This document shows positions 1-9,442 of a stretch of 64,000 nt of DNA, one piece after another. A program made the position numbers and the translations under genes. This DNA is from Candidatus Omnitrophota bacterium (GTDB lineage Bacteria > Omnitrophota > Gorgyraeia > 2-01-FULL-45-10). The notes beneath the pieces are model-generated. The model was not told where the DNA came from. It saw nothing but the letters and a program-made list of their open reading frames with translations, and searched no databases. Location of the stretch: positions 64,487 through 128,486 of the forward strand of contig JAPLME010000007.1 of the NCBI GenBank assembly GCA_026387175.1, read 5' to 3'. Every line of letters begins with the position of its first letter. Position 1 is the stretch's first letter.

Positions 1-906
1 CGGCCTGTATTTTGAGGGGTCGATACCGAACAGCTTAGCAGCTCCTTCCATATTTTTTGTTAATCGATCAATATAAAATACCCCTCTCATGGTACCGCCA
101 TCCACATGCATCTCATCATAAACTTCGCCGGACTCGGAAGAAACTTTAAAATTTACGGGGGAAAATGTCATCGGTAAGGAGCTTGAGGCCAGAAGTATCT
201 TCCGGAACATCTTTAGCGAATCGGAGCCGCCCTTACACGCAAGCGCTCCCATGTCCCAAACGACGAATTCCTGCGCATCAAGATTTACGGTCCCCACGAA
301 TAGCCTGCGGCCGCGCTTATGTTCCTCGGCAACCTTCGCCATTAATTTTCCGTCTACAATGGATGAGATCTTTTTGACCATAGGAGCGGAGCTCATAAGC
401 GAGTCTCCGAATAAAATTTTGAATAAGTTATTTTTTCTCATTATATCTTTGGTTGATATAGTAGTAAAGAAATTCTCGAGCTGGTCATCGTAATCTTTTC
501 CTAGAAACGCGTAAAGAGCGATAAGCGACCCGCTGCTGACGCCTGTAATTATTTTAAAGATCGGCCGTGAACCTTCCTTAGACCACCCTTTTAAGAGCCC
601 TGCGCCATAAGCGCCGTTAGCCCCGCCGCCTGAGACAGCTAGCACGGGATAGATCTTTATGCCCAGGAAGTTAACCGGGCCTTCCTGCTTAAATGAATCT
701 ATCAGGCTCTTCTGCATGACGATCGGGTCGGGATTGTCGATATCAGAGCGGATATCCGGCATGCCGTTAACGGTAACTTTTCCGGCAAAATCCATCGGCA
801 CCGCATTCCGTGATCGTATGGTAGCGCAGCCCTGGATTGACAGCGCGCCTATCGAAAGAATAATTATAAGAAAACCTGACATCCATTTTGTTCTTATGAC
901 TCTCAT
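1..906 (-). CDS. Patatin-like phospholipase, probable lipoprotein (partial: C-terminus lies beyond window start)
   Basis: Minus-strand frame open from an ATG at 904-906 to the window edge. It is absent from the ORF track only because it runs off the edge. The translation MRVIRTKWMSGFLIIILSIGALSIQGC... has a signal peptide ending in Cys. It contains the patatin oxyanion motif SGGGANGAYGAG and a GxSxG nucleophile elbow (GVSSG). Confidence 0.75.
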   Translation of the reverse strand, partial: MRVIRTKWMSGFLIIILSIGALSIQGCATIRSRNAVPMDFAGKVTVNGMPDIRSDIDNPDPIVMQKSLIDSFKQEGPVNFLGIKIYPVLAVSGGGANGAYGAGLLKGWSKEGSRPIFKIITGVSSGSLIALYAFLGKDYDDQLENFFTTISTKDIMRKNNLFKILFGDSLMSSAPMVKKISSIVDGKLMAKVAEEHKRGRRLFVGTVNLDAQEFVVWDMGALACKGGSDSLKMFRKILLASSSLPMTFSPVNFKVSSESGEVYDEMHVDGGTMRGVFYIDRLTKNMEGAAKLFGIDPSKYRP

Positions 907-910
907 ATAT

Positions 911-1252
911 TCATCTCCCTATCGCTTTTATTATATCCTTCACCGAATGTACTCCCTTATGAAAACATCCGCATACTGAACGAGAAAACGCTTTAGCGTT
1001 CTCCGTATGTCCAGAGTGAATATAAATCCTGGCAAACTCCCACCTGTTTATAAGCGTTGCTATGAGCTCTATTCCGCTTATTTCAGGCAGATATAGATCC
1101 AGGATAATGACATCAGGAACATATCCCGACTTAACCAATCCCAACACCTCGTAGCCTGCAAACGCTGTCTCTACCGTATAACCCGAACTCACAAATTGAC
1201 ATTTCATCATCTTTACAAGGTCATGGTCGTCATCAATGATTAAGAGTTTCAT
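911..1252 (-). CDS. Single-domain response regulator (CheY-like receiver)
   Basis: Translation MKLLIIDDDHDLVKMMK...IILDLYLPEISGIEL is a receiver domain with the acid pocket and phospho-Asp context. The ORF-track start at 1300 is a TTG overlapping the upstream gene, so the in-frame ATG at 1252 is preferred. Confidence 0.7.
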   Translation of the reverse strand: MKLLIIDDDHDLVKMMKCQFVSSGYTVETAFAGYEVLGLVKSGYVPDVIILDLYLPEISGIELIATLINRWEFARIYIHSGHTENAKAFSRSVCGCFHKGVHSVKDIIKAIGR

Positions 1253-1268
1253 TTCCCGCTCTTCTGCG

Positions 1269-1679
1269 CTACTTTTCTTTAGCGCCTTCCGGAACCCCAA
1301 GGCTTACTGTTTTGTTTTTTAAGACGTCTTCGATTTCCCACAGAAGGTCATCCGGGTCAAATGGTTTGCTTATTAAGTATTCTGCTCCACTCGCTATTCC
1401 GTGCCGCTGCACAGATTCTCCGAGCAGTGCCGTTACCATAATAATAGGTATGTCTTTCGTTTTAGCATTTGCTTTGAGCATCTTACTCACTTCAAAGCCG
1501 CTTTGCCCCGACAACAGCACGTCTAGCAGTATGACGTTCGGCTTTTCCTCGACAGCTTTTTCGATACATTCATTCCCGTTAGACGCGGTGATAACCGTAT
1601 ACCCGTTTTTTTCTAAACGAATTCTAAGCATTTTCAGTATATCATGCTCATCATCTACTACCAAAATTTTTGTCCCCAT
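1269..1679 (-). CDS. Single-domain response regulator (CheY-like receiver)
   Basis: Translation KILVVDDEHDILKML...ILLDVLLSGQSGFEV...PIIMVTA shows the canonical receiver fold motifs. There is no output domain. Confidence 0.8.
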   Translation of the reverse strand: MGTKILVVDDEHDILKMLRIRLEKNGYTVITASNGNECIEKAVEEKPNVILLDVLLSGQSGFEVSKMLKANAKTKDIPIIMVTALLGESVQRHGIASGAEYLISKPFDPDDLLWEIEDVLKNKTVSLGVPEGAKEK

Positions 1680-1719
1680 ATTCCGCCTCCTTTGATTTAA
1701 TGTCGCTCGTTTGACCTTT

Positions 1720-2082
1720 TTATCCCAGTATCTTCTTTACTGCGTCTATTAATTCTTTAGGCTCGAATGGCTTGGCAATGCACCCGTTAGCGCCGCATTC
1801 CTTAGCTCTTTGGTCAATAGATGTGACGGTGGCAGAGATCAGGATTATAGGGATATGCTTCATATCCTTATCCCCTCTTAAAATTCCGGCAACAACATCA
1901 CCGTTCATGTCCGGTAGATGGAAATCGAGTATAATAAGGTCAGGGATAATTTGGCGCGCCAGATCCAGCGCCTCCCGGCCGTCTCTGGCGCCTGTCACCT
2001 CATAACCGGTCTTCTTTAATCTTAATAATATGATCTTTAACACATCCGGCTCATCATCGACGACCAGGATCTTCTGTGCCAT
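1720..2082 (-). CDS. Single-domain response regulator (CheY-like receiver)
   Basis: Translation KILVVDDEPDVLKII...LIILDFHLPDMNGDVV...PIILISA is a receiver domain only. Confidence 0.8.
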   Translation of the reverse strand: MAQKILVVDDEPDVLKIILLRLKKTGYEVTGARDGREALDLARQIIPDLIILDFHLPDMNGDVVAGILRGDKDMKHIPIILISATVTSIDQRAKECGANGCIAKPFEPKELIDAVKKILG

Positions 2083-2085
2083 GCT

Positions 2086-4554
2086 TTAGCCTCTACTTTC
2101 TTTTATGGGCAGGGTAAAGTGAAATATCGAACCTTTACCGGGTTGCGACTCCGCCCATATATTCCCGTTATGCGCCTGAATTATCTCTTTAGATATGGCC
2201 AGCCCGAGACCTGTGCCGCCCGTCTTTTTTCCAAGCCCCCCGCCCAATTGCTCGAATGTCTGAAAAAGCTTGGGCATATCTGTGGCCTGGATTCCAAGTC
2301 CGGTATCCTCCACCATCACATGCAGCACACTATCCCCACTCTTAGTAGTAATGGATATACTGCCTTTCTCTGTGAACTTTACGGCGTTACTCAATAAATT
2401 GGTGAGCACCTGAATGATCTTGTCTTTATCAAACTTTGCCCTGGGCAGGCTCTCATCTATGTTCACTATGAAGCTCATGCCCTTCTCCTCCGCCAGAAAA
2501 TTCATCCCCTTACTCGTTGCCAGTACTACCTCATTTATATTATATTCCTTGATATCGAACTCTGTCTTCCCCGCTTCCATCTTCTGAAAATCCAAAACGT
2601 TATTTATCAGGCGGCCCAATCTGTCGATATTGCTCTTTGCGGTATCTAAAATATCCTTCTGCTCAAGCGTTACGTCCCCTGCCAACCCCTCCATAACAAG
2701 ATTGATGCTTTCCTTGATAACTGTCAGCGGGCTTCTGAGTTCGTGAGATACCATAGAAGCAAACTTTGATTTTGCTTCTGCGACTTCTTTAGTGGCTTCT
2801 TCCGCTTTCTTACGCTCGGTGATGTCTTCAATAGCCAGCAGGATGATCCGCTCCTTACCCGTCCCTTGCTCAATTTGCCTGGCATTCAAAAGCATTGTGC
2901 GCATGCCGATGGTAGAAAAATCGTGTTCAACCTCGTAGTTATCAAAGGTTGTCTTTTGGGGAAGTATGGTTTCCAGCAGTTCCCGCAACCTGGGAATGTT
3001 CCACTGCTTATTGCCCAGATCATAGATAAGCTGTCCCACGGTCTCTTTGGTGCTTACCTTAAATACTTCACAGAAGGAGCGGCTGGCGGTGACTACCCTT
3101 AAATCTTGATCTAGAGCGATTAAGGGTTCACGGACGGTGTTGATGATGCTCTCGGCGTATTCGCGGGCCGCATCTTCTGATATTTTAGTTACTTCCAGTT
3201 CTTTGCGGATTTTTTCCAGCCCATTTTCTATCGCCTTACGCTCGGTGATGTCTTCAATAGCCAGCAGGATGATTCGCTCCTTACCCAGCACTCTTTGAAT
3301 CTGCCGTGCATTCAAAAGCATTGTGCGCATGCCGATGGTAGAAAAATCGTGTTCAACCTCGTAGTTATCAAGGGTTGCTTCTTGGGGAAGTATGTTTTCC
3401 AGCAGTTCCCGCAGTTTGGGAATGTTCCACTGCTTATTGCCCAGGTCATAGATAAGCTGTCCCACGGTCTCTTCGGTGTTTACCTTAAAGACTTCATAGA
3501 AGGAGCGGCTGGCGGTGACTACCCTTAAATCTTGATCTAGAACTATTAAGGGTTCACGCACGGTGTTGATGATGATCTCGGCGTATTCGCGGGCCGCATC
3601 TTCGGATATTTTAGTTACTTCCAGTTCTTTGCGGGTCTTTTCCAGGCCAGCTTCTATCTCCTTACGCTCGGTGATATCTTCAATAGCCAGCAGGATGACC
3701 CGCTCCTTACCCATCCCCCGTTCAATTTGCCTGGCATTTAAAAGCATTATACGCCTGCCGATAGCAGCAAAATTGTGTTCAACCTCGTAGTTATCAAAGG
3801 TTGTCTTTTGGGGAAGTATGGTTTCCAGCAGTTCCCGCAGCTTGGGGATATTCCACTGCTTATTGCCCAGGTCATAGATAAGCTGCCCGACGGTCTCTTC
3901 AGGTTTTACCTTAAAAAAGTCATAGAAGGAACGGCTTACCATGACCACCCTGAGATCTTTGTCCAAAGAAATTAATGGTTCACGCACAGTGTTGATAACG
4001 CTCTCAGCGAATTCACTGACTTCATCTGCGGACTTTTTAATAACCGCCAGTTCTTTTCGAGTCTTTTCCAGCCCGGCTTCTATTTCCTTGCGCTCGGTAA
4101 TATCCTCAATGGCCAGGAGGATTAGCTCTTCTTCCTCATCTTCTTCCCCTGCTTCTTCTCTTGTTTTTTCTCTTACCCCTGCCGCTATTATTGCCGCTAT
4201 TTTCTTGGGGATACGCAGCTGAGAGACATTCAGGTTAATACATCGCTGTCCAATTTGCTCGAATTCGTGTTCGATTTCATAGTTTTCTATAACTTTTTTT
4301 TCCGGAAGTATCTCCCTTAAGAGAACAAGCAGTCTTGGAATATCCCATTGCCTATTGCCTAAATCAGTAAGCGGCCGGCCTAATGTATCTTCTTTAGCGA
4401 CCTTAAAGGTATTATAGAAAGATTGGTTGGCGGAAATAACGCGCAAGTTTTTATCGAGCACCAGGAACGGTTCTCTTAGTGTAGCGATAATGCTATTGCC
4501 ATATTCTAAAGCTATCTCAATCTTTGATTTGTCCATTCCCTTTTTATCTTTCAT
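2086..4554 (-). CDS. Sensor histidine kinase with four tandem PAS domains (PAS x4, HisKA, HATPase_c; no transmembrane region or receiver)
   Basis: The C-terminus has an H-box (SHELRSPL) and an ATPase G-box (GTGLGLAISKEIIQAHNG). The N-terminal 570 aa consist of four ~142-aa PAS-like units, each beginning ...LLAIEDITERK.IE.GLEK.RKEL.... Confidence 0.8.
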   Translation of the reverse strand: MKDKKGMDKSKIEIALEYGNSIIATLREPFLVLDKNLRVISANQSFYNTFKVAKEDTLGRPLTDLGNRQWDIPRLLVLLREILPEKKVIENYEIEHEFEQIGQRCINLNVSQLRIPKKIAAIIAAGVREKTREEAGEEDEEEELILLAIEDITERKEIEAGLEKTRKELAVIKKSADEVSEFAESVINTVREPLISLDKDLRVVMVSRSFYDFFKVKPEETVGQLIYDLGNKQWNIPKLRELLETILPQKTTFDNYEVEHNFAAIGRRIMLLNARQIERGMGKERVILLAIEDITERKEIEAGLEKTRKELEVTKISEDAAREYAEIIINTVREPLIVLDQDLRVVTASRSFYEVFKVNTEETVGQLIYDLGNKQWNIPKLRELLENILPQEATLDNYEVEHDFSTIGMRTMLLNARQIQRVLGKERIILLAIEDITERKAIENGLEKIRKELEVTKISEDAAREYAESIINTVREPLIALDQDLRVVTASRSFCEVFKVSTKETVGQLIYDLGNKQWNIPRLRELLETILPQKTTFDNYEVEHDFSTIGMRTMLLNARQIEQGTGKERIILLAIEDITERKKAEEATKEVAEAKSKFASMVSHELRSPLTVIKESINLVMEGLAGDVTLEQKDILDTAKSNIDRLGRLINNVLDFQKMEAGKTEFDIKEYNINEVVLATSKGMNFLAEEKGMSFIVNIDESLPRAKFDKDKIIQVLTNLLSNAVKFTEKGSISITTKSGDSVLHVMVEDTGLGIQATDMPKLFQTFEQLGGGLGKKTGGTGLGLAISKEIIQAHNGNIWAESQPGKGSIFHFTLPIKESRG
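2809..4512 (-). repeat. Intragenic tandem DNA repeat of 4 units with an exact 426-bp period; units 1-3 are near-identical and unit 4 is diverged
   Basis: The anchor cttacgctcggtgat(g/a)tcttcaatagccagcaggatga recurs at 2809, 3235, 3661 and (diverged) 4087. Plus-strand antisense ORFs 2866-3102, 3295-3528 and 3775-3975 have near-identical translations, which reflects the same repeat. Confidence 0.85.
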
Positions 4555-4637
4555 GTCTCAGACCCTCGCGTCTCATTCATCTTTATACTTGTACTATATG
4601 GGAAATCCGGAAGTTGGTCAATTGTACATGGGTATAA

Positions 4638-7361
4638 TCACTTGAGTTTTATGACCTCTTCCCTTATGCCGAAGGCTATCGCCTCATAATCATCTTTGGC
4701 CCCTAATTTTAGCCCTTCTTTTTTAAGCCCTTCGGAATCAAAAGGCTTTCCAAATGTTATCGTAATCGGATGCGGTCTCGGAAGCCGCTTTGTCCTCGGC
4801 CAGGATTCGTATGAACCGTTTATGCGTACGGGTACCAGCGGGACATTCAGTTCTTTTGCCAATATCCCGACGCCTTTTTTGAATTCCTTAATTTCTCCAT
4901 CTATGGTTCTTTCTCCCTCCGGAAAGATACAGACCATCTTGTTATTCTTAAGGACATAAGAAGATGCCTGCATGGCTTCCACGAAATGTACGCCCGGATC
5001 GATGGGAATGACCTTGATATATTTTATGATATTCCTGATCAGGAAATGGTCGAAGAAGGCCTCAAAGCCTACGAGGTAAAGGTCCTTTCGTAAGCCTCTC
5101 GGCATAGAGGCCGCAACGATGAAACCATCCAGGTAGCTGCCGTGGTTAACGCACAGGATGCACTTTCCCTTTATCGGGATATTTTCTGTTCCAAGTATCC
5201 TGAGCCGCCAGATCGTTCTAAAAACAAGACGTAACGTTCCGGTGAATAGCAGTGTTCCTAAAATTGCCGCAAGGTTGGGCGCTATATACAACTTTTTAAT
5301 GATCTCCTTGACCGGCTCTTTGTTCAGGATCTCACTCCATGAAGTTTGGATCTTGGCCTGCCCGGCGGGCACCTCGCTTCGAGCCTCTGTGCCCGGGGCC
5401 AATTTTTCTATCTCGAGAATAAGTTCTTTAACAGTGGAGGCCTTAGCCAATACCTCCTCAGGGATATGCTTGTTAAACGCCTGTTCTAAGGCCATCGTCA
5501 GTTCCACGCGGCCTAGTGAATCGATGCCGAGATCTAACTCGAGATGGTCGGTCAGGGCGATCTGCCTTCCCAGCTTTGCGTGTTTAGCGAGGGCCTCGAT
5601 TATCTTTCTGCCAACGTCGGAAGAGAGCATCTTAAGGTCCTCATCCGTAGCGGGGGCCCCCTCTCCTTGCTCCGTTTTTGGCTTTATACCCTTAAGTTCA
5701 TCCAGATATTTTTTCTTAACCTCATACCTTATTATCTTGCCCAACCGCGTGCGCGGTATGTTTTCCTTTACAATAATAAAGCCCTTGATGCGTTGGTATG
5801 GAGCAAGGCTGTTAGATAGGTTTTCCAGCTCCCATTTAAGCTTACTATGAATATCTCCCTCCCCGGCCTTGCGGCAATAGTCAGCGTCAGGCACTACCAC
5901 GGCGGACAGGCTCTGGGCGCCCTCTTCGCCTATACCGATAACGCATACCTCTTTGATGTAGGGGCTCTTGGCATAGTGGGATTCGATCTCTTCGGGAAAG
6001 ATCTTTTTGCCGGAACTTAAAACGATCATCTCTTTTATCCTTCCGGTAATATAAAGATACCCGTCCCTATCTATATGGCCCAGGTCGCCGGAGTAAAACC
6101 AGCCGTCTTTTAAGACGCTCGCGGTATCGTCCGGCCGTTTATAGTAGCCTTTCATGACGTTTGGGCCCTTGATCATCACTTCGCCCATACCCGCTTGATC
6201 GGGATTGACAATTTTCACTTCTACATCCGGGATCACCTTGCCGACAGAACCGATCTTCTGCCTTCTCAATGGATTAAAGGCTACGCCCGGCGATGTTTCG
6301 GTAAGTCCGTATCCTTCAAGTATCGTGAAACCGATCTTCATGAGAAATCTCGCCGCTTCTTCATTTAACTTGGCTCCGCCGGAGATAAAAAATCTTAAAG
6401 TTTTGCCAAATGGCCGGTGTATCTTCGACAGGACCTGCTTGTTTAAATTTATTCCGCTAAGCCTTCTTATCTGCCACAATAGCCCTATCAGGCCTGAAAG
6501 AGGGACCTTGAACAAAAACGGCATCTTCTTCATCTTGGCCGTAGCTTGCGTATAAAACATATAAAAAAGTTGTGGCACTCCCGCCAGTACCGTTACCCCT
6601 GCCTCCTTCATCGATGCCAGTAATTCATCGGTTTTAAGGCTTGAAGCATACGTGACCCGTGCCCGGCAAAAAAGAGGCAGGATCAGCGTAACTATGAAAG
6701 GGAAACAATGGTGCAGTGGCAATATCGATATGAAGTTATCCTTATCCGAGAAGAGTTTCAGCTTGTAGATACTTTGAAAATTAGAGCAGAAATTTTTATG
6801 CGTGAGCATTACCCCTTTTGGCTCGCCGGTGGTGCCTGATGTATAGATAAGCGAAGCGATATCTTCGGGAAGGACCTCGGGCCACGCGACGCCTTCGCGC
6901 AAAGTAGACTTGACCTGCGCCAGGCCTATGAGGTTCTCTTTCTCGATATCCAGGTCCAGTATAACGATCTTGTTCAGTCCGGTTTTTATCTTATCGATTT
7001 TTTTTGCCTGAAAAACAGCATTGGAGACGAATATGACCTTTGCGGCGCAGTCATTGATGAGGTTTTCTATTTCCTGTCCGGTCAACTGCGTATCAAAAGG
7101 AACGCAAGTTAGGCCCGCGGCCATTATGCCTAAATAGATTATTCCCCACTCCGGCCTATTCTCCAGGCATATAGCCGCAAAGTCACCTTTTTTAAAGCCT
7201 GCCTTAATGAGAAATGCTCCTATTTTTAGAGAAAGATCTTCCATTTGCCCGTATGTCCATCTATCCCAGTCGGGGCCTTTCTTGATTTGAAGGCATACCC
7301 TGTCTGAATACTGAGAAGAGACTTGAGCAAACATCTTATGTATAACCAATTCTTCTTTCAT
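4638..7361 (-). CDS. Tri-domain fusion: fatty-acid AMP-ligase (acyl-CoA/acyl-ACP synthetase), acyl-carrier-protein domain, and 1-acyl-glycerol-3-phosphate-type (PlsC/LPLAT) acyltransferase
   Basis: AMP-binding P-loop YTSGTTGEPKGV. Phosphopantetheine attachment site LGIDSLGRVELTMAL. A hydrophobic segment, then the PlsC HxxxxD motif (NHGSYLDG) and FPEGERT. The preferred start is M11 (ATG 7359-7361), which forms an ATGA overlap with the upstream gene's stop. Confidence 0.8.
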   Translation of the reverse strand: MKEELVIHKMFAQVSSQYSDRVCLQIKKGPDWDRWTYGQMEDLSLKIGAFLIKAGFKKGDFAAICLENRPEWGIIYLGIMAAGLTCVPFDTQLTGQEIENLINDCAAKVIFVSNAVFQAKKIDKIKTGLNKIVILDLDIEKENLIGLAQVKSTLREGVAWPEVLPEDIASLIYTSGTTGEPKGVMLTHKNFCSNFQSIYKLKLFSDKDNFISILPLHHCFPFIVTLILPLFCRARVTYASSLKTDELLASMKEAGVTVLAGVPQLFYMFYTQATAKMKKMPFLFKVPLSGLIGLLWQIRRLSGINLNKQVLSKIHRPFGKTLRFFISGGAKLNEEAARFLMKIGFTILEGYGLTETSPGVAFNPLRRQKIGSVGKVIPDVEVKIVNPDQAGMGEVMIKGPNVMKGYYKRPDDTASVLKDGWFYSGDLGHIDRDGYLYITGRIKEMIVLSSGKKIFPEEIESHYAKSPYIKEVCVIGIGEEGAQSLSAVVVPDADYCRKAGEGDIHSKLKWELENLSNSLAPYQRIKGFIIVKENIPRTRLGKIIRYEVKKKYLDELKGIKPKTEQGEGAPATDEDLKMLSSDVGRKIIEALAKHAKLGRQIALTDHLELDLGIDSLGRVELTMALEQAFNKHIPEEVLAKASTVKELILEIEKLAPGTEARSEVPAGQAKIQTSWSEILNKEPVKEIIKKLYIAPNLAAILGTLLFTGTLRLVFRTIWRLRILGTENIPIKGKCILCVNHGSYLDGFIVAASMPRGLRKDLYLVGFEAFFDHFLIRNIIKYIKVIPIDPGVHFVEAMQASSYVLKNNKMVCIFPEGERTIDGEIKEFKKGVGILAKELNVPLVPVRINGSYESWPRTKRLPRPHPITITFGKPFDSEGLKKEGLKLGAKDDYEAIAFGIREEVIKLK

Positions 7362-9442
7362 TTTAGCGTCTCCTTGAATCTGTCCAAACATATCTTCATA
7401 AATTGATCCGGGAAGACGTCAAATATCCTTTCCGCATGTCCGCCGCCTTTAATGATTGTCAGGGACTTGGGATTCTTCGCCTTGTCGAATAATAGCTGGC
7501 TATTGCTCATCTTCACCAGCCAGTCTTTTTCACCATGGATGAAAAGGACCGACGTGGGCGATATCTTATTAACGATATCGCGGGGCCGGGTCTTTGTTAA
7601 AGACGGGCTTCCCATTCTAACGCCCTTCCCGCGTCCCTTGATTCCGAAATTGAGCTTCAGGTCTTCCCACATATCTTTTTCCCAAAAATGGTAATTGATG
7701 CTTCCTAGGCCTGACGGGGTGCTGACAGCTATAACGCTATCGATACTTTGATTACAGCTCGCTTCTATAAGCGCGATCGCGGCGCCCAGTGAAAAACCGA
7801 CTACGCCGATCTTCTCATAGTGAGCGCTTTTCGCGTATGCGATGACCGCGCGCAAGTCTTTCTGCTCATGTGCAGTCCATGTAAATACGTCGCTCGACTT
7901 GCCATGTCCCCTAAAATCGAATACGATGACATCGTATTCTTTACTGAATGCTTCGGCCATTTTTTTAAATAAATATGTATCCTTATTATTGTAAAAGCCT
8001 GGTGCCAGTATAACTACTTTGGAAAATCCTCCCCTGATATGATTAAAGGCAATGCGCTTACCATCTTCTGTCATCACATAACGGTCAGGCTCGCTCTCTC
8101 CCGCAGGAGAAGGTGTCGCGCCCTTAGGGAGATCGCCGTTTGTGTCAACGATCTGCCTGGGTTCTGTCTTATTAAAATCTCCTTCGAATACGGATGTGGC
8201 AATGGAACCAAAATAATTCCTGAAAATATCCCACTCGGATTTAGCGCGCCATAGGAGCATAAACTGTGAGCTATTCTTCTTGCCTACTGAAATAGACTTT
8301 CTCGATCTTGCGTCTTCATAGATCTCTAGCATGCGTGTAGCGGAAGCATTGATCGTGAATTTCTGCGCCGTAGTCCTTGCGGCCTGTTTCATGGTTTTTG
8401 ATTCTTCCGGAGAGCTGCTTAAAACCGAAAGCAGTGCATCGGTATAAGTCTGCTGATCCATCTCATTGAGTAGTCTCCCGTTCTTACGGTCCTCTACAAC
8501 GTCTCGCGCTCCAGGCGCATCCAACGCTACCACGGGAGCACCTGCTGCCATGGCTTCAATGAGGACAATGCCTTGAGTTTCGCTTAATGAGGCGAACGCG
8601 AAGAGATCCATGGCAAAATACGCGTCTACCAGCTCCTGATAATGCAGGACCCCGGCTAAGTGCAATCTATCTTCAAGGCCGGCCTCTTTAAATGTATCCT
8701 GGATCATCTTTTCGGCAGGGCCCTTGCCGACGATAAGGGCATGGGCCTTCGGATCCTTCTTTAATGCTTCAACCATACAATTTATCAGGAAGTCCAGGTT
8801 CTTCTCCGGAGCCAGCCGCCCCGCGTGGCCGATCACTTTAGCCTCAAGAGGAATATGGTTCTGCTGGCGAAAAGCATTTCCATTGCCCTTTGAAAAACGT
8901 TCTACGTCTACCCCCGTCGGAACGACCGCCATGGGAGTCTTGACGCCTCTTTTGAACAGGATCTCCTGCACGCTTTCAGTGGGAACGATCACCCGATCGA
9001 CCATATTGGCATATCCGGCAGCAAGCTTTACAATGAATCGTTTTACTCCCTCATTCTGAACAGGCCAATCATGCACATATTGTTCAAACATACAGTGATA
9101 AGTAAATATAAGCGGTATCGCGTGCTGTCGGCTAAGGCGTAACGCAAAATCTCCCATGAAGAACGGGCAATGGCTGTGCGCGATATCCGGCGAGAATTCT
9201 TTCATTAATTTCGTTAAGAGCCGTGAGGCCGGGAAGTTAACGGAGAAGATGGTTCCGCTGAATTTTTGGAAGGCAGGAATACGGATAACGCCCGGCTCCT
9301 CTGTCGGCATACCCTGAAAGGTCGGAGTAACGATTAAAACCTCGTGCCCCAGTCTTCTGAATTCTTCGCTGAAAGAATAGACCGATTGTTCCAGCCCCCC
9401 GACAATCGGAAAATATGTATTCGTCATCATCAGAATTCTCAT
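7358..9442 (-). CDS. Fusion of a GT4-family glycosyltransferase (N-terminal) and an alpha/beta-hydrolase (esterase/lipase-like, C-terminal)
   Basis: The N-terminal ~400 aa have a GT-B/GT4 layout (MRILMMTNTYFPIVGGLEQ..., GRLAPEKNLDFL). The C-terminal ~280 aa carry the nucleophile elbow GFSLGA, plus IHGEKDWLV and a GGGHAE His region. A TAATG overlap with the upstream gene indicates translational coupling. Confidence 0.7.
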   Translation of the reverse strand: MRILMMTNTYFPIVGGLEQSVYSFSEEFRRLGHEVLIVTPTFQGMPTEEPGVIRIPAFQKFSGTIFSVNFPASRLLTKLMKEFSPDIAHSHCPFFMGDFALRLSRQHAIPLIFTYHCMFEQYVHDWPVQNEGVKRFIVKLAAGYANMVDRVIVPTESVQEILFKRGVKTPMAVVPTGVDVERFSKGNGNAFRQQNHIPLEAKVIGHAGRLAPEKNLDFLINCMVEALKKDPKAHALIVGKGPAEKMIQDTFKEAGLEDRLHLAGVLHYQELVDAYFAMDLFAFASLSETQGIVLIEAMAAGAPVVALDAPGARDVVEDRKNGRLLNEMDQQTYTDALLSVLSSSPEESKTMKQAARTTAQKFTINASATRMLEIYEDARSRKSISVGKKNSSQFMLLWRAKSEWDIFRNYFGSIATSVFEGDFNKTEPRQIVDTNGDLPKGATPSPAGESEPDRYVMTEDGKRIAFNHIRGGFSKVVILAPGFYNNKDTYLFKKMAEAFSKEYDVIVFDFRGHGKSSDVFTWTAHEQKDLRAVIAYAKSAHYEKIGVVGFSLGAAIALIEASCNQSIDSVIAVSTPSGLGSINYHFWEKDMWEDLKLNFGIKGRGKGVRMGSPSLTKTRPRDIVNKISPTSVLFIHGEKDWLVKMSNSQLLFDKAKNPKSLTIIKGGGHAERIFDVFPDQFMKICLDRFKETLK

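Noticed and set aside
5158-5850. 230-aa plus-strand ORF, and similar plus-strand ORFs at 10082-10642, 23358-24173, 16378-16830, 50388-50747 and 54569-55135
   Set aside because: They lie antisense to, and fully inside, long minus-strand genes with strong motif support. Their translations are low-complexity Ser/Arg/Leu-rich sequences typical of shadow ORFs.
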